A stretch of DNA of 64,000 nt from a bacterium (GCA_035308905.1 DATGFS010000030.1:139966-203965), one strand, 5' to 3'; shown: positions 19,627-32,041, counted from the first letter of the stretch. Numbers and translations are program-made. The notes: a model not told the origin generated them from the sequence alone.

Positions 19627-20609
19627 GCGGCCGGAACCCGTCGGACCTGACGATCCTCATGATGATCGACGCCTACGTGCCGGCGGCGGCGCGGGAACGG
19701 TTCCGCGCCGCCGCGGAGGCCGCGGCGCCGGGCGCGCGCATTCTCATGCCGGCAACCCGCGACGAGGCGGTCGCCCTGGCCCCGGAGGCCGACATCGCCA
19801 CAGGGTGGTCCCTGCCGGCCGGGGTACTCGAGCACGGGCGGCGGCTCCAGTGGGTGCACGCGTTCACGGCCGGTGTGGACGGATTCGTGGCCCTTCCGGG
19901 CATTCGCGATCGCCGCGTCGTGCTCACGCGGACGGTCGGCGCGCACGTGGCGCTGCCGGACCACGTCATGGCGCTCGTCCTCGCGTTTGCGCGGCGGCTA
20001 CACCTCGACATACGCAACCAGGCCAACCGGGTGTGGGACCGTCCGGCCGGGATCGGCCGGGACGTGGCGGGCACGGTGCTCGGCATCCTCGGGCTGGGAC
20101 AGATCGGGAAACCGCTGGCCGCGCGCGCGGCGGCGTTCGGGATGCGCGTGATCGGCACCAAGCGGACGCCGGGGCCGGTGCCGCATCTCGATCTCGTCCT
20201 GCCGCCCGAGCGCACCGACGAGCTGCTCCGGGAAGCCGACTACGTCGTGACGCTCTTGCCGCTCACGCCGGAAACGAAAGGCCGCATGGGCGAGCGCGAG
20301 TTCCGCTTGATGAAGCCGGGCGCCTTCTTTATCAACGTGTCGCGCGGGCCGATCGTCCAGGAGGCGGCGTTGATCCGGGCGCTGCGCGAAGGCTGGATCG
20401 CCGGCGCCGGGTTGGACGTGTTCGACACCGAGCCGCTCCCCGGCGACCACCCGTTGTACGAGTTCCCGCAGGTGATCATCACGCCGCACGTCTCCGGGAT
20501 CACGCCGAAGTTCTTCGAGCGCATCGCGGCGATCATGGCAGAGAATATTCAGCGCTACGTGAAGGGCGAACCGCTCGCGAACGTTATCGACGTTGCACGC
20601 GGTTACTGA
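19623..20609 (+). CDS. D-isomer-specific 2-hydroxyacid dehydrogenase (NAD-binding; PGDH/GhrA-like)
   Basis: The 328-aa product carries GILGLGQIGKPLAARAAAFGMRVIG (Rossmann fold) and the catalytic R/E/H context (ITPHVSG). An alternative ATG start at 19659 is possible. The ORF overlaps the lhr stop. Confidence 0.85.
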   Translation: MSGRNPSDLTILMMIDAYVPAAARERFRAAAEAAAPGARILMPATRDEAVALAPEADIATGWSLPAGVLEHGRRLQWVHAFTAGVDGFVALPGIRDRRVVLTRTVGAHVALPDHVMALVLAFARRLHLDIRNQANRVWDRPAGIGRDVAGTVLGILGLGQIGKPLAARAAAFGMRVIGTKRTPGPVPHLDLVLPPERTDELLREADYVVTLLPLTPETKGRMGEREFRLMKPGAFFINVSRGPIVQEAALIRALREGWIAGAGLDVFDTEPLPGDHPLYEFPQVIITPHVSGITPKFFERIAAIMAENIQRYVKGEPLANVIDVARGY

Positions 20610-20689
20610 GGTCGCGCAAGAATCCCGTCATCCAACGACGGTCGGCGCCTCAGCCTCGGGATGTATCGGACTCGTCGCGCTGCCGGCGT

Positions 20690-21565
20690 CTAGTCCTCCC
20701 GCGACCGGAACGTCACGACGGCCGCTGTGAGCATCACGGCGAGAAACAGCACGATGATGGCGAGGTTCAGCCGGTACGGGTGCGCGACGAGCGCCTGCGC
20801 CAGCGGTGAGCCGGCGTAGACCATGCCGCGGAGCGCGTCGACGGCGTACGTCAGCGGGTCGATCCGCGTCAGCACCGCCATCCACAGCGGGAGGCCGCGC
20901 AGCGGAAAAAACGCGCCTGAGAGCAGCCACAGCGGCAGCACGAGAAAGTTCATCACCACCTGAAAGCCTTCCATCGTCTGCATGCGGGAGGCGATGACGA
21001 GTCCGAAGCTTGTCAGGGACGCGGCGACCAGCAGCATCACCAGCGCGATGCCGGCGATCTGGACGAGGCTGAGGTGCACGCCGACGAGCGGCGCCAGGAT
21101 CAGCAGCATCACGCCCTGGAGCGTCGCTACGGTCGCGCCGCCGGCGACCTTGCCGGCCACGATGCTGCCCCGTGCCACCGGCGCGACGAGGATTTCCTTC
21201 AGAAACCCGAACTCGCGGTCCCAGATGATCGAGATCGCGGAAAATATCGCCGTGAAGAGCACCGTCATTCCGAGGACGCCCGGGTACATGAACTCGAGGT
21301 AGCTGAAGCCGCGCGGCACCGCCGCCGACCGGAACGTCGCCCCGAATCCCGTCCCCATGATCGCGAGGTAGATCAGCGGCTGTCCGAGCGCCCCGAGGAT
21401 GCGGGCGCGCTCGGACACAAACCGGATCAGCTCGCGCAGCCAGATCGCGTACGCGGCGCGGAGTTCGTGACGCCAGCCGGTCGACGGCACGGCCGCGCCG
21501 GGCCGCGGCGGCATGGTGGCCCGCCCCGGCTCGGTGGGCGGCACCGGGCGTGCGGCGCTCGCCAT
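20690..21565 (-). CDS. ABC-2 type transporter permease
   Basis: The 291-aa product has 6 predicted TM helices and the ABC-2 signature (EFGFLKEILVAPV). It overlaps the stop of the upstream ATPase gene. Confidence 0.85.
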   Translation of the reverse strand: MASAARPVPPTEPGRATMPPRPGAAVPSTGWRHELRAAYAIWLRELIRFVSERARILGALGQPLIYLAIMGTGFGATFRSAAVPRGFSYLEFMYPGVLGMTVLFTAIFSAISIIWDREFGFLKEILVAPVARGSIVAGKVAGGATVATLQGVMLLILAPLVGVHLSLVQIAGIALVMLLVAASLTSFGLVIASRMQTMEGFQVVMNFLVLPLWLLSGAFFPLRGLPLWMAVLTRIDPLTYAVDALRGMVYAGSPLAQALVAHPYRLNLAIIVLFLAVMLTAAVVTFRSRED

Positions 21566-22545
21566 CAGCGGCGCCCCCAGGCCCGCGCCATCGTCCGCAA
21601 TTGGTCCGTCGCGGAGGCCGACTCGTCCCGGATCGCGTGGCCGGTCAGCTTGAGAAAGACGTCGTCCAGGGTGGGCTGCTTGACCGCAACCGCGGTCACG
21701 AGCGACGGAAACGCCGCGGCCACCCGCGGCACGAACTCCGCCCCCCGCTCCAGCTCCACGACCACGCGGCCGTCCGCGGCGCGCGCGCCGGCGCCGAAGC
21801 GCGCCTCGATCTCGCGGGCCAGCGCCGCGGCGTCCGGCGAGGTGATCGTGATCACGTCGCCTCCGACCTGCCGGCGCAGCGCGTCGGGCGTGTCAAGCGC
21901 GACGATGCGGCCGCCGTCGATGATCGCGATCCGATCGCAGTGCTCCGACTCCTCGATGTAGTGCGTCGTCATGAAAACCGTCACGCCTTCGCGCCGGCGG
22001 AGGTCGACGACGTACTCCCAGATGTGGTTGCGCGTCTGCAGGTCGAGCCCCAGCGTCGGCTCGTCGAGGAACAGCACCCTGGGCTTGTGCAGGAGGCCCC
22101 GGGCGATCTCCAGGCGCCGCTTCATCCCGCCGGAGTACGTCGCGACGAGCGCCCGCCGCCGCTCGCCGAGCTCCACCATCTCGAGCACGGCCTGAAGGCG
22201 CGGCTCGACCTCCGCGGCCGGCACGCCGTAGAGCATCGCGTGAAATCGCAGATTCTGCTCGGCGGTGAGGCGGTTGTCGAGGCTCGGGTCCTGGAAGACG
22301 ATGCCCATCGACCGCCGTACGTCGCCGGGGCGCGTGACCACATCGTAGCCGGCGAGCGAGGCGCGGCCCGACGTCGGCCGCAACAGCGTCGCCAGCACCT
22401 TGATCGTCGTGGTCTTTCCGGCGCCGTTCGGACCGAGGAAGCCGAAAATCTCGCCCGCGGCGACGGAAAAGGTCACGCCGCGCACGGCTTCGATCGGTCC
22501 GAAGCGCTTGATGAGGTCCTGTACGTCGATGATCGGCGTCTCCAT
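21565..22545 (-). CDS. ABC transporter ATP-binding protein (DrrA-like exporter ATPase)
   Basis: The 326-aa product has a Walker A motif (GPNGAGKTTT), the ABC signature (LSGGMKRRLEIA) and Walker B (LFLDEPT). Confidence 0.9.
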   Translation of the reverse strand: METPIIDVQDLIKRFGPIEAVRGVTFSVAAGEIFGFLGPNGAGKTTTIKVLATLLRPTSGRASLAGYDVVTRPGDVRRSMGIVFQDPSLDNRLTAEQNLRFHAMLYGVPAAEVEPRLQAVLEMVELGERRRALVATYSGGMKRRLEIARGLLHKPRVLFLDEPTLGLDLQTRNHIWEYVVDLRRREGVTVFMTTHYIEESEHCDRIAIIDGGRIVALDTPDALRRQVGGDVITITSPDAAALAREIEARFGAGARAADGRVVVELERGAEFVPRVAAAFPSLVTAVAVKQPTLDDVFLKLTGHAIRDESASATDQLRTMARAWGRR

Positions 22546-22716
22546 CTCTTACATCTTCCCCCGCGGTCCGCGCGATGCGATGGGCTGTAGGGTGCCGCCG
22601 CGGTATGGATCGTCGATGGAGGCCGGATGGAGATGATGTGAAGACCGCCCGGCGGCGACGGAAAACGGCGGCGAGACCTGGATCCCGCCGCCGTATCCGA
22701 CGCGTGTGCGCGTTCG

Positions 22717-25185
22717 TTATGCCTGAATCGACGGCTGCGACGGAGGCCGGCGCACCGCGACCGGCGGTGTCGTCAGCACCGGCAGCACCACGCCTTCGCC
22801 CAGCGCCTCCTCCAGCACCTGATCCATGTGCTCGACGAGCGCGAACCGCAGCTTCTTGCGCACGTTGTTCGGGATCTCGTGGAGATCCTTCTCGTTTTCC
22901 TTCGGCATCACGACGACCTTGATCCCGGCGCGATGCGCCGCGATCACCTTCTCCTTGAGGCCGCCGATCGGCAGCACCTTGCCGCGGAGCGTGATCTCGC
23001 CCGTCATCGCGACGTCCTTGCGCACCGGCCGGCCGGTCACGGCCGACGCCAGCGCAACCGCCATGGTGATCCCCGCGGACGGCCCGTCCTTGGGGACCGC
23101 GCCCGCCGGCACGTGGATGTGCAGGTCGTGCCGGGAGGCAAACGCCTCGTCGACCCCGAGCCGCCGGGCCCGGGCGCGGATGTAGCTCATCGCAGCCTGC
23201 GCGGACTCCTTCATCACGTCGCCGAGCTGCCCGGTGAGCGTGAGCTTCCCGTCGCCGTGCAGGAGCGACGCTTCGACCGTGATGATGTCGCCGCCCTGCT
23301 CCGTGTAGACCAGTCCCGTCGCCGCGCCGACCTCGTCCTCCAGTCCCGCGCTGCCGTACCGGAACTTCGGCGGCCCGAGGAACTTGTGGACGTTCTGCAC
23401 GGTGACTTTCTCCGCGGTCGTTTCCTCCTCGGCGACTTCGCGGGCGATCTTGCGGCAGATCGTGCCGACCTCCCGCTCGAGATTGCGCACCCCCGCTTCG
23501 CGGGTGTACTCCCGGATGACATGGCGCAGCGCGTCGTCGGTGAACGACGCCTGCTCCGGCGTCAGCCCGTTCTCCTTGAGCTGCTTCGGCAGCAGGAACT
23601 GGGTCGCGATGTGGTGCTTCTCCTCCTCGATGTAGCCGGAGAAGCGGATCACCTCGAGCCGGTCGCGGAGGGCGGGCGGCACGGTGTCCAGGATGTTGGC
23701 CGTCGTGATGAACATGACCTCACGCAGATCGAACGGCAGCTCCAGGTAGTGGTCGCTGAACGCGTTGTTCTGCTCCGGATCGAGCGCCTCGAGCAGCGCC
23801 GCCGACGGATCGCCGCGGAAGTCCATGCCGAGCTTGTCGATCTCGTCGAGCATGAAGACCGGGTTGCGGCTGCCGGCCGTGCGCATGCCCTGGACGATGC
23901 GGCCGGGCAGCGCGCCGACGTACGTCCGGCGGTGTCCGCGGATCTCCGCCTCGTCGCGCACGCCGCCGAGCGACACCCGCACGAACTTCCGGCCGAGCGC
24001 CCGCGCGATCGACTTGCCGAGGCTGGTCTTGCCGGTGCCGGGCGGCCCGACGAAGCACAGGATCGGCGCCTTCGACTCGGGCGCGAGCTTCCGCACCGCG
24101 AGGTACTCGACGACGCGGTCCTTGGCCTTGTCGAGGCCGTAGTGGTCCTCGTCCAGGATGCTGCGGGCCGCCTTCGTGTCGAGCCGGTCCTCGGTGCGCG
24201 TGTTCCAGGGCAGCGCGAGCATCCAGTCGAGGTAGGTACGGACCACGACCGCCTCCGCCACCATCGGCGGCATCTTCTCCAGCCGGCCGAGCTCCTCGAG
24301 CGCCTTCTCCTTGACCTTCTCCGGCAGCTTGGCGTCCTCGATCTTCTTGCGGTACTCGTCGACCTCGGCCGTACGCTCGTCCTTCTCGCCGAGCTCCTGC
24401 TGGATCGCCTTCATCTGCTCCTTGAGGAAGTACTCGCGCTGGCTCTTCTCCATCTGCTTGCGCACGCGGTTCTGGATCTTGCGCTCCAGCTCGAGGATGT
24501 TGATCTCCTTGGTGAGCGAGCCGCTCAGGATCTCGAGCCGCTCGCGCGGCGGGGCCTCGAGCAGGCGCTGCCGCGTGTCCACGCGGGTTTGCAGATGCTG
24601 CGCCACCAGGTCGGCCAGCCGGCCGGGCTCCTCGGTGGACATCACGAGCATGAACGCCTCGGGCGGAACGGACCGCGACAGGCGGGCGTAGCGCTCGAAC
24701 TGCGAACTCACGCCGCGCATGAGGGCCTCGATCTCGAGCGGCTTCTCCGTCGAGTCGGGCCGCGTCTCCGCGCGGACGTTGAAGAACGGCGCGGTGTGTA
24801 CGAACTCGGTGATCGCCCCGCGCACGAGCCCCTCGACGACGACCTGCACCGTGCCGTCGGGCTGCTTGCCGACTTGGAGGATCCGGCAGAACGTGCCGAT
24901 CGTGTACAGGCCGTCCGGTTCCGGCTGTTCCTCGTCGTCTTTCTTCTGTGCGACGAGCAGGATCATGCGCTCGGCGGTCAGGGCCGCCTCGAGCGCAGCC
25001 AGCGACTTCGGCCGACCGACGCCGAGGGGCACCACCATGCCCGGAAGCACGACCGTCCCCTTGAGCGGCAGCAGCGGCAGCACGCTCGGGTACGTGACCG
25101 GCTCCTGTGTTTTGGATGCCTCCGGCGCGGCTTGGATTTTTTCGGGTTTCAGCTCCGATTTCTGCTCCGGCTTATGCTCGGACAT
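22717..25185 (-). CDS. lon: ATP-dependent protease Lon (LonA)
   Basis: The 822-aa product has an N-terminal LON domain, an AAA+ module (GPPGTGKTS) and a protease domain with the catalytic Ser in [12 protein letters not shown] and the catalytic Lys in the GLKEK motif. Confidence 0.95.
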   Translation of the reverse strand: MSEHKPEQKSELKPEKIQAAPEASKTQEPVTYPSVLPLLPLKGTVVLPGMVVPLGVGRPKSLAALEAALTAERMILLVAQKKDDEEQPEPDGLYTIGTFCRILQVGKQPDGTVQVVVEGLVRGAITEFVHTAPFFNVRAETRPDSTEKPLEIEALMRGVSSQFERYARLSRSVPPEAFMLVMSTEEPGRLADLVAQHLQTRVDTRQRLLEAPPRERLEILSGSLTKEINILELERKIQNRVRKQMEKSQREYFLKEQMKAIQQELGEKDERTAEVDEYRKKIEDAKLPEKVKEKALEELGRLEKMPPMVAEAVVVRTYLDWMLALPWNTRTEDRLDTKAARSILDEDHYGLDKAKDRVVEYLAVRKLAPESKAPILCFVGPPGTGKTSLGKSIARALGRKFVRVSLGGVRDEAEIRGHRRTYVGALPGRIVQGMRTAGSRNPVFMLDEIDKLGMDFRGDPSAALLEALDPEQNNAFSDHYLELPFDLREVMFITTANILDTVPPALRDRLEVIRFSGYIEEEKHHIATQFLLPKQLKENGLTPEQASFTDDALRHVIREYTREAGVRNLEREVGTICRKIAREVAEEETTAEKVTVQNVHKFLGPPKFRYGSAGLEDEVGAATGLVYTEQGGDIITVEASLLHGDGKLTLTGQLGDVMKESAQAAMSYIRARARRLGVDEAFASRHDLHIHVPAGAVPKDGPSAGITMAVALASAVTGRPVRKDVAMTGEITLRGKVLPIGGLKEKVIAAHRAGIKVVVMPKENEKDLHEIPNNVRKKLRFALVEHMDQVLEEALGEGVVLPVLTTPPVAVRRPPSQPSIQA

Positions 25186-25447
25186 GAATGCCTCCCTGGG
25201 TTCGGCGATGTCGGGTTCCCATTACCATCCCATGTGCCCTACTATCTACATACGTATACGCGCGCCGCCCGCGCGGCGATTCCCGCCGGCCGGCGTGGCG
25301 GCCGGCAGCCATGTCATCCTAACCGGCCTTCATACCCCGAAAAACGGAGACGGAGCCGTGAGGCCCCGTCCCGGTCGAGTCCGTATCGACTTCTGCCCGG
25401 CCGACTTGGCGGCCGGCCACCGTGTAATCCCGGCGCCGATCGGCGTC

Positions 25448-26719
<1,272 letters not shown>

Positions 26720-26742
26720 GGCGCGTCTCCCCCTAGAGCCCG

Positions 26743-27360
26743 CTACCGCACCGGCTGTCCGAGCTGCCCCGGCGGACTCGGCTGCCGGGGTTGAATCACG
26801 TCGTCCACCAGACCGTACTCCTTCGCTTCCATCGCGCTCATCCAGAAGTTCCGGTCCGTGTCCTTTTCGATCCGCTCCCGCGGCTGGCCCGTGTGCTTCG
26901 CCAGGATTTCATCCAAGATTTGGCGGATCGCGATAAACTCCTTGGTCTGGATGTTAATATCCGCCACCGATCCCTGCGCCCCGCCCCACGGCTGGTGGAT
27001 CATCATCCGCGAATAGGGAAGCGCGAACCGCCGGCCCTTGGTTCCCCCGGCGAGGATGATCGCGCCCGCGCTGGCCGCCAGTCCCACGCAGATCGTCGAG
27101 ACCGGGCAGTGCAGGTACTGCATCGTGTCGTAGATCGCGAGCCCGGCCGTCGCGGAACCGCCGGGGCTGTTCACGTACAGCTGGATCTCCTTCTCCGGAT
27201 CTTCGTAGTCGAGATACAGCAGCTGGGCGATGATGAGATTGGCCATCTCATCCTCGATCCCGCCGCCGATGAAGATGAGGCGCTCCTTGAGCAGCCGCGA
27301 GTAGATATCGTAGGCCCGCTCGCCGCGCGCCGTTTGCTCGACAACCATGGGCACGTACAC
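26743..27360 (-). CDS. clpP: ATP-dependent Clp protease proteolytic subunit ClpP
   Basis: The product reads [28 protein letters not shown]...GLAASAG...MIHQP. The proposed start is the GTG at 27360, 11 nt downstream of GGAGGA. The ORF in the track (to 27438) adds ~26 unlikely N-terminal residues. Confidence 0.88.
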   Translation of the reverse strand: MYVPMVVEQTARGERAYDIYSRLLKERLIFIGGGIEDEMANLIIAQLLYLDYEDPEKEIQLYVNSPGGSATAGLAIYDTMQYLHCPVSTICVGLAASAGAIILAGGTKGRRFALPYSRMMIHQPWGGAQGSVADINIQTKEFIAIRQILDEILAKHTGQPRERIEKDTDRNFWMSAMEAKEYGLVDDVIQPRQPSPPGQLGQPVR

Positions 27361-27438
27361 GGGTTCAATTATCCTCCGTTCGGGGGGCCCTGTCGAATGC
27401 AGGACCTCCAGCCGCAAAGCGGCCTCCTGCGCGGGCAA

Positions 27439-28740
27439 TCACGGGGAACTCGGAGGGGCCGGCTCAGGGGCCGCACCCGCCGCCGCGGGTGTCCCGGCGC
27501 CTGAAACCGCGTCGACCAGAAATGCCATCGCTCTGCGCCGCAGCAGGGTCTCCCGCAGGCCCTCCTGCCGGCCGCCCTCGGCCAGCCAGGCCTGCACCTT
27601 CGCGACGTCCTGTTTCAACTCCGCAGCGAGGTTCTCGACCTCGGCGCGCATCTCCTCCTCGGAAACGCTCAGCGCCTCGCGTTCCGCGACCGTTTCGAGG
27701 AGCAGCCGGCTGCGCACGCGCCGCAGCGCCCCCTCGCGCATGTCCGCGCGCAGGGCCGCTTCGTCCTTGCCGACGGCGCGCGCGTAGGAGTCCAGGGTGA
27801 GCCCCCGGCTGCGCAGCGTATCCGCGAGGTCGTGGAGCATGTGCTCCACTTCGTGCGCGACGAGGCTCTCCGGCACGTCAAAGGTGGACTGGGCGAGCAC
27901 CGCGTCGAGGACCCGCTCGCGGTGCGCGCGGTTTTCCTCCGCCGTCCGCTCCGCCGTCAGGCGCTCTCGGAGGCCGTCGCGCAGTTCGGCCAGGGTCTGG
28001 CGGTCGGAGACCGTGCGGGCGAACGCGTCGTCGAGCGCCGGCAGCTCCTTGCGGCGCACGTCGCCGATCTTCACCACGGCCTGCCCGGAGCCGGGAAGCG
28101 CCGTGGTGCGTTCCTCTCCGGCCGAGGCGCCCTCGAGCGCCGCCTCGACCGGTTCGGGCAAGAGGCCGCCCCCGACCTCGACCAGGAGCTCCTTACCCGC
28201 CTGCAGCCGCTCGTGCCCCTCCGGGGCGGTGACGACGGTCAGCAGTATAAAATCCCCGCGGCGCGCCGGCTCGGAAACGCTCGAAAGCCGCCCGTGGCGC
28301 GCGCGGATGTCCTCGATCGCGCGGTCGACGTCCGCGTCGGTGACCGGGGTTTGTTCGGCGGCGACCCGGATCTGCCGGTAGTCCGGCAGCGTGATCGCAG
28401 GGTAGACGTCGACGATGGCGGTGAGGTGCAGCCCCTTGCCGTCGGCGGCGTCCTTGACCTCGATCGACGGCCGCGTAATCGGCGACACGCCGGTCTGCGC
28501 GACCGCCTCCGAATACTGCTCGGGCACGAGCTGGCGCAGCGCCTCCTCGCGGAGGGTCTCCGCGCCGACGTGCTTCTCGAGAATCGGCCGGGGCGCCTTG
28601 CCGCGCCGGAAGCCCGGCACCTGCACGCGGCGGACCAGCTGTGTGTAGGCCCGGTCCATCGCGCGGGCGAGGGCGTCCTCCGCCACGTCGATCTCGAGCA
28701 CGACGCGGCTCGCGGGTTCGGTCCGCATTTCCACTTTCAT
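27439..28740 (-). CDS. tig: Trigger factor (ribosome-associated PPIase chaperone)
   Basis: The 433-aa product has a trigger-factor N-terminal ribosome-binding motif (GFRRGKAPR), a PPIase domain and a C-terminal domain. The start is the ATG at 28740, preceded by AAGGAG. Confidence 0.9.
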   Translation of the reverse strand: MKVEMRTEPASRVVLEIDVAEDALARAMDRAYTQLVRRVQVPGFRRGKAPRPILEKHVGAETLREEALRQLVPEQYSEAVAQTGVSPITRPSIEVKDAADGKGLHLTAIVDVYPAITLPDYRQIRVAAEQTPVTDADVDRAIEDIRARHGRLSSVSEPARRGDFILLTVVTAPEGHERLQAGKELLVEVGGGLLPEPVEAALEGASAGEERTTALPGSGQAVVKIGDVRRKELPALDDAFARTVSDRQTLAELRDGLRERLTAERTAEENRAHRERVLDAVLAQSTFDVPESLVAHEVEHMLHDLADTLRSRGLTLDSYARAVGKDEAALRADMREGALRRVRSRLLLETVAEREALSVSEEEMRAEVENLAAELKQDVAKVQAWLAEGGRQEGLRETLLRRRAMAFLVDAVSGAGTPAAAGAAPEPAPPSSP

Positions 28741-28817
28741 CTCACGAGACGCTCCTTGATCCGTGGGTCCGGACGCAGTGTACTGAGCGTCCCGCCGACG
28801 GTCAAGGATCACCGCGG

Positions 28818-29921
28818 TTAGAAGACGACGACGCTGCGCGCCACCTCTCCCCGCTCCAACGCTTCGTAGGCCGTGTTGATTTCCTCGAACGGATACGTGC
28901 GCGTGAGCAGCTCATCGAGCTTGAGGCGGCCGCCGCGATAGAGGTCGATCAGTTTCGGAATGTCGACCCGGGGACGGCTCGACCCGTACACGGAGCCCGT
29001 GAGCACCCGTTCCTCGAACACGAGCGACATCACGGGGACCGAGACTTCAGTCGTCATCGGCGTCACGCCGATGATGACGGCCGTGCCGCGCTTCGCCAGC
29101 ACGTCGTAGGCCTGCCGCATCACCCGCGGCACCCCGATCGCCTCGAACGCGTAGTCCACGCCCCGGCCCCCGGTGAGCGACCGGATGCGGACCACCGGAT
29201 CTTCGGCCGACGCGTCGACCGTGTGGGTCGCGCCGAACTGCCGCGCGTACTCGAGTTTCCGCGCCAACACGTCCACGGCGACGATCGTCGCGGCGCCGGC
29301 CAGCGCGGCCCCCTGGATCGCGTTGAGCCCGATGCCGCCCGCGCCGAACACGGCGACGCTCGTCCCCGGCCGGACCTGCGCGGCGTTGACCACGGCGCCG
29401 ACGCCGGTGATCACGGCGCAGCCGAACAATGCCGCGCGGTCGAGGGGCAGATCGTTCGGGATCTTGAGCAGCGCCTTCTCCGGCATTACCGCGTACTGCG
29501 AGAAGCTCGAGACGCCCGCGAAATGCTTGAGCTCGGTGTCGCCGAGCGCGAGGCGCGTGGTGCCGTCCGGGAGATAGCCCGTCATGCGGACCGCGGTCCC
29601 CGACGGACACAGCGCCGGGCGGCCCGCCGTGCAGTACTCGCATTCGCCGCAGCTGAGCCGCCACAGCGGGATCACGTGGTCGCCCGGCCGGAGCGACGCG
29701 ACGCCGGGGCCGGTCTCTTCGACGACGCCCGCCCCTTCGTGCCCCAGGACCGCGGGCAGCGGCGCGAAGAGATGCCCCGTCATGACGTGCAGGTCGCTGT
29801 GGCAGACGCCGGCGGCGGCCATGCGGATCAGGACTTCCCCCGCCTTCGGCGGCCGGACCTCAATGTCGTGGATCTCGAGCTTCCGGCCCGCTTCAAACAG
29901 CACCGCGGCTTTGGACTTCAT
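28818..29921 (-). CDS. Zinc-dependent alcohol dehydrogenase (class III / MDR family)
   Basis: The 367-aa product has catalytic zinc ligands (GVCHSDLH...GHEGAG), structural zinc cysteines (CGECEYC) and a Rossmann fold (GAGGIGLNA). Confidence 0.9.
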   Translation of the reverse strand: MKSKAAVLFEAGRKLEIHDIEVRPPKAGEVLIRMAAAGVCHSDLHVMTGHLFAPLPAVLGHEGAGVVEETGPGVASLRPGDHVIPLWRLSCGECEYCTAGRPALCPSGTAVRMTGYLPDGTTRLALGDTELKHFAGVSSFSQYAVMPEKALLKIPNDLPLDRAALFGCAVITGVGAVVNAAQVRPGTSVAVFGAGGIGLNAIQGAALAGAATIVAVDVLARKLEYARQFGATHTVDASAEDPVVRIRSLTGGRGVDYAFEAIGVPRVMRQAYDVLAKRGTAVIIGVTPMTTEVSVPVMSLVFEERVLTGSVYGSSRPRVDIPKLIDLYRGGRLKLDELLTRTYPFEEINTAYEALERGEVARSVVVF

Positions 29922-30002
29922 CGGCCGAGCCTCCCTGGACGCGCGCGGATGAGGATCGCAGCCCGCCGCGTGGGGGGTTCACCCGGACCACCGGAACCGC
30001 CT

Positions 30003-30067
30003 GCAGGAGGCCGCGCGGCAACGCGCGCGGCCGGAGGTCCTGCGCAGACGGGGCAGGAGGCCGCGCG
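30003..30067. repeat. Inverted-orientation copy of the dispersed 42-45 nt repeat, lying in the divergent adh / M20-peptidase intergenic region
   Basis: The segment ggccggaggtcctgcgcagacggggcaggaggccgcgcg matches the reverse complement of the repeat at 14871-14912 and is flanked by direct caggaggccgcgcg motifs. Confidence 0.7.
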
Positions 30068-30377
30068 ACGTTTCTGAAGACCGCACGAGGTGCACGCGCC
30101 GAGAGCGCCGGCACCCGGAAGGGAGCCGATGACGGGCACATCGCGGCGACGGAGGTCATCCCGCCGGCACGTCGGCGCGTCGCCGATCGGGCTGGGGTAC
30201 ACCAAGCCCAACCATTATCTGGAGATGGCCAGGGCGCTGCGGGAGAACCGCGATCAGCTCTCCTATGCCTAGCTGCGGGGAGCCCGACTACAACGCGGTC
30301 TGCGAGGTCATCCCGCAGGGGCCGGCCGCGGGGCAAACCCGGCCGGGCGAGGAAGGCCGCGGCGTGCGGCGCGCGCC

Positions 30378-31667
30378 TTGACCCCGGAGCGCGTGTCCGC
30401 GGTAACGGCGCGCATCGACGCGCTTCGCGACGCGCTGATCGAAGATCTCGCCGCGCTGGTGCGGATCCCCACCGTCGTCGGGCACGAAGGACCCGGCCAG
30501 GCGTGGATCGCCGAGCGCTACCGGGCGCTCGGGCTCGAGACCCGGCTCCTCCCGGTCGATTTCGACGCCGTGAGGCGCCACCGCGCCTACTGCGGCTGGA
30601 AGGCCGAGGCGGCCGCCTACAAAGGCCGCCCCAACGTGATCGGCGTGCTGCCGGGCGACCCGAGCGCCAAAAGCCTCATCCTGAACGGCCACATGGACGT
30701 CGTCTCCGCGGAGCCGGAGTCGCGGTGGACGTACGGTCCGTGGAATCCGACGGTCGTGGACGGCCGCATGTACGGCCGCGGCGCGAACGACATGAAGGCC
30801 GGCCTCGTCGCCAACTACGTCGCGCTCCGTGCGATCCTCGACGCCGGCCTGCGCCCGCGCGGCACCGTGCAGCTGCATTCGACGATCGAGGAAGAGGCCG
30901 GCGGGGGCGGCGGCGCGCTGGCCGTGCTCCTCGCCGGCCACACCGCGGACGGCTTCATCGCGACCGAGCCGTGCGCGCACCGCATCCGCATCGGCAACGG
31001 CGGCATCATGTACTTCCGCGTGCGGGTCGAGGGCAAGACCGCGCACGCCGGGAACGCCCACCTCGGCGTCAACGCCGCCGTCAAGACGGCGCCGATCCTG
31101 CTCGCGCTGGGCCGGCTCGACGAGGCCCGCGCCCGGCGGCACGAAGGCTCGCCGTTCGCGGACGGGTCGCGCGGCCGCGCGTGTCATCTCAGCGTCGGCT
31201 CCGTGCGCGCGGGCGACTGGCCGTCAACGGTCGCGGGCTCGGCGGAGATCGAGGCGCGCGTCGGCTACCTGCCCGGCGAGACGCGCGAGGACGTGCGGGC
31301 CGAAGTTGAACGGGCGTGCCGGGACGCCGTGGCCGGCGATCCCTGGATGCGCGAGCATCCGCCGGCGATCGAGTGGTTCGGCTGGGACGCCGAGCCCTGG
31401 CAGGAAGACGAGCGTCATCCATTTATTACGACGCTGCGGGAAGCCGGCCGCGACGTGCTCGAACATCCGATCGAGACGTTCAGCCGCACCTCCGGCGTCG
31501 ACTCGCGCTTCGCGCACTACTTCGGGTTCCCCGGCGTCTGCTGGGGCCACCGCGGCGACAACAACCACGGCGTCGACGAGTGGACCGACCTCGACAGCGT
31601 CATGCAGTCGACGAAAGTCATCGCGCTGATGATCATGAGGTGGTGCGGGGCTGTGCCGGGGACTTAA
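30378..31667 (+). CDS. M20-family metallopeptidase (ArgE/DapE/acetylornithine deacetylase-like)
   Basis: The 429-aa product has metal-binding motifs (NGHMDVV...GANDMKAG...STIEEEAGGGG) and a dimerisation domain. It uses a TTG start. Confidence 0.85.
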   Translation: MTPERVSAVTARIDALRDALIEDLAALVRIPTVVGHEGPGQAWIAERYRALGLETRLLPVDFDAVRRHRAYCGWKAEAAAYKGRPNVIGVLPGDPSAKSLILNGHMDVVSAEPESRWTYGPWNPTVVDGRMYGRGANDMKAGLVANYVALRAILDAGLRPRGTVQLHSTIEEEAGGGGGALAVLLAGHTADGFIATEPCAHRIRIGNGGIMYFRVRVEGKTAHAGNAHLGVNAAVKTAPILLALGRLDEARARRHEGSPFADGSRGRACHLSVGSVRAGDWPSTVAGSAEIEARVGYLPGETREDVRAEVERACRDAVAGDPWMREHPPAIEWFGWDAEPWQEDERHPFITTLREAGRDVLEHPIETFSRTSGVDSRFAHYFGFPGVCWGHRGDNNHGVDEWTDLDSVMQSTKVIALMIMRWCGAVPGT

Positions 31668-31732
31668 GCGAAAAGGAGGACCGGGAAGCCCCGGTCCCCC
31701 TTGGCATGGCAGCCGTAGATGGCTCCTACAGG

Positions 31733-32041
31733 CTACCTAGCCTTGACCAGTTCCCCTGCCAGCTTGTGGCCGATCACTTCGCCCGTCGTCACCGACGCGG
31801 CAGTCGGCAGCGTGCCCGGATTTTTCCTGACCCACTCCGCTGCCACCCTGTTCGATTCCTCAGCGCCGGTTTTGTCCTGAAAGAGGCTCGTAGAGAACAT
31901 CGTGCCGTCTCCAGCGTCCGTGAAGTAGTACCCGACGAACCCAGGGACCGCGCTGATCAACGGCATGAACGTCTCGCGGACATGCCGTCCAATCTCGCGG
32001 GGATGGGATACCTTTTCGTAGCGGCGGACACTCGCGTGCAT
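31733..32041 (-). CDS. Small ABM/Dabb-like (antibiotic-biosynthesis-monooxygenase fold) protein
   Basis: The 102-aa product reads MHASVRRYEKVSHPREIGRHVRETFMPLISAVPGFVGYYF...AAEWVRKN. The ATG at 32041 is preceded by GGAGGTAGGAG. Confidence 0.4.
   Translation of the reverse strand: MHASVRRYEKVSHPREIGRHVRETFMPLISAVPGFVGYYFTDAGDGTMFSTSLFQDKTGAEESNRVAAEWVRKNPGTLPTAASVTTGEVIGHKLAGELVKAR

Noticed and set aside
26743-27438. Full-length 231-aa ClpP ORF as listed
   Set aside because: The N-terminal 26 residues are not ClpP-like, and the ORF abuts the tig stop with no spacer. The conserved N-terminus and a GGAGGA RBS support a start at GTG 27360 instead.
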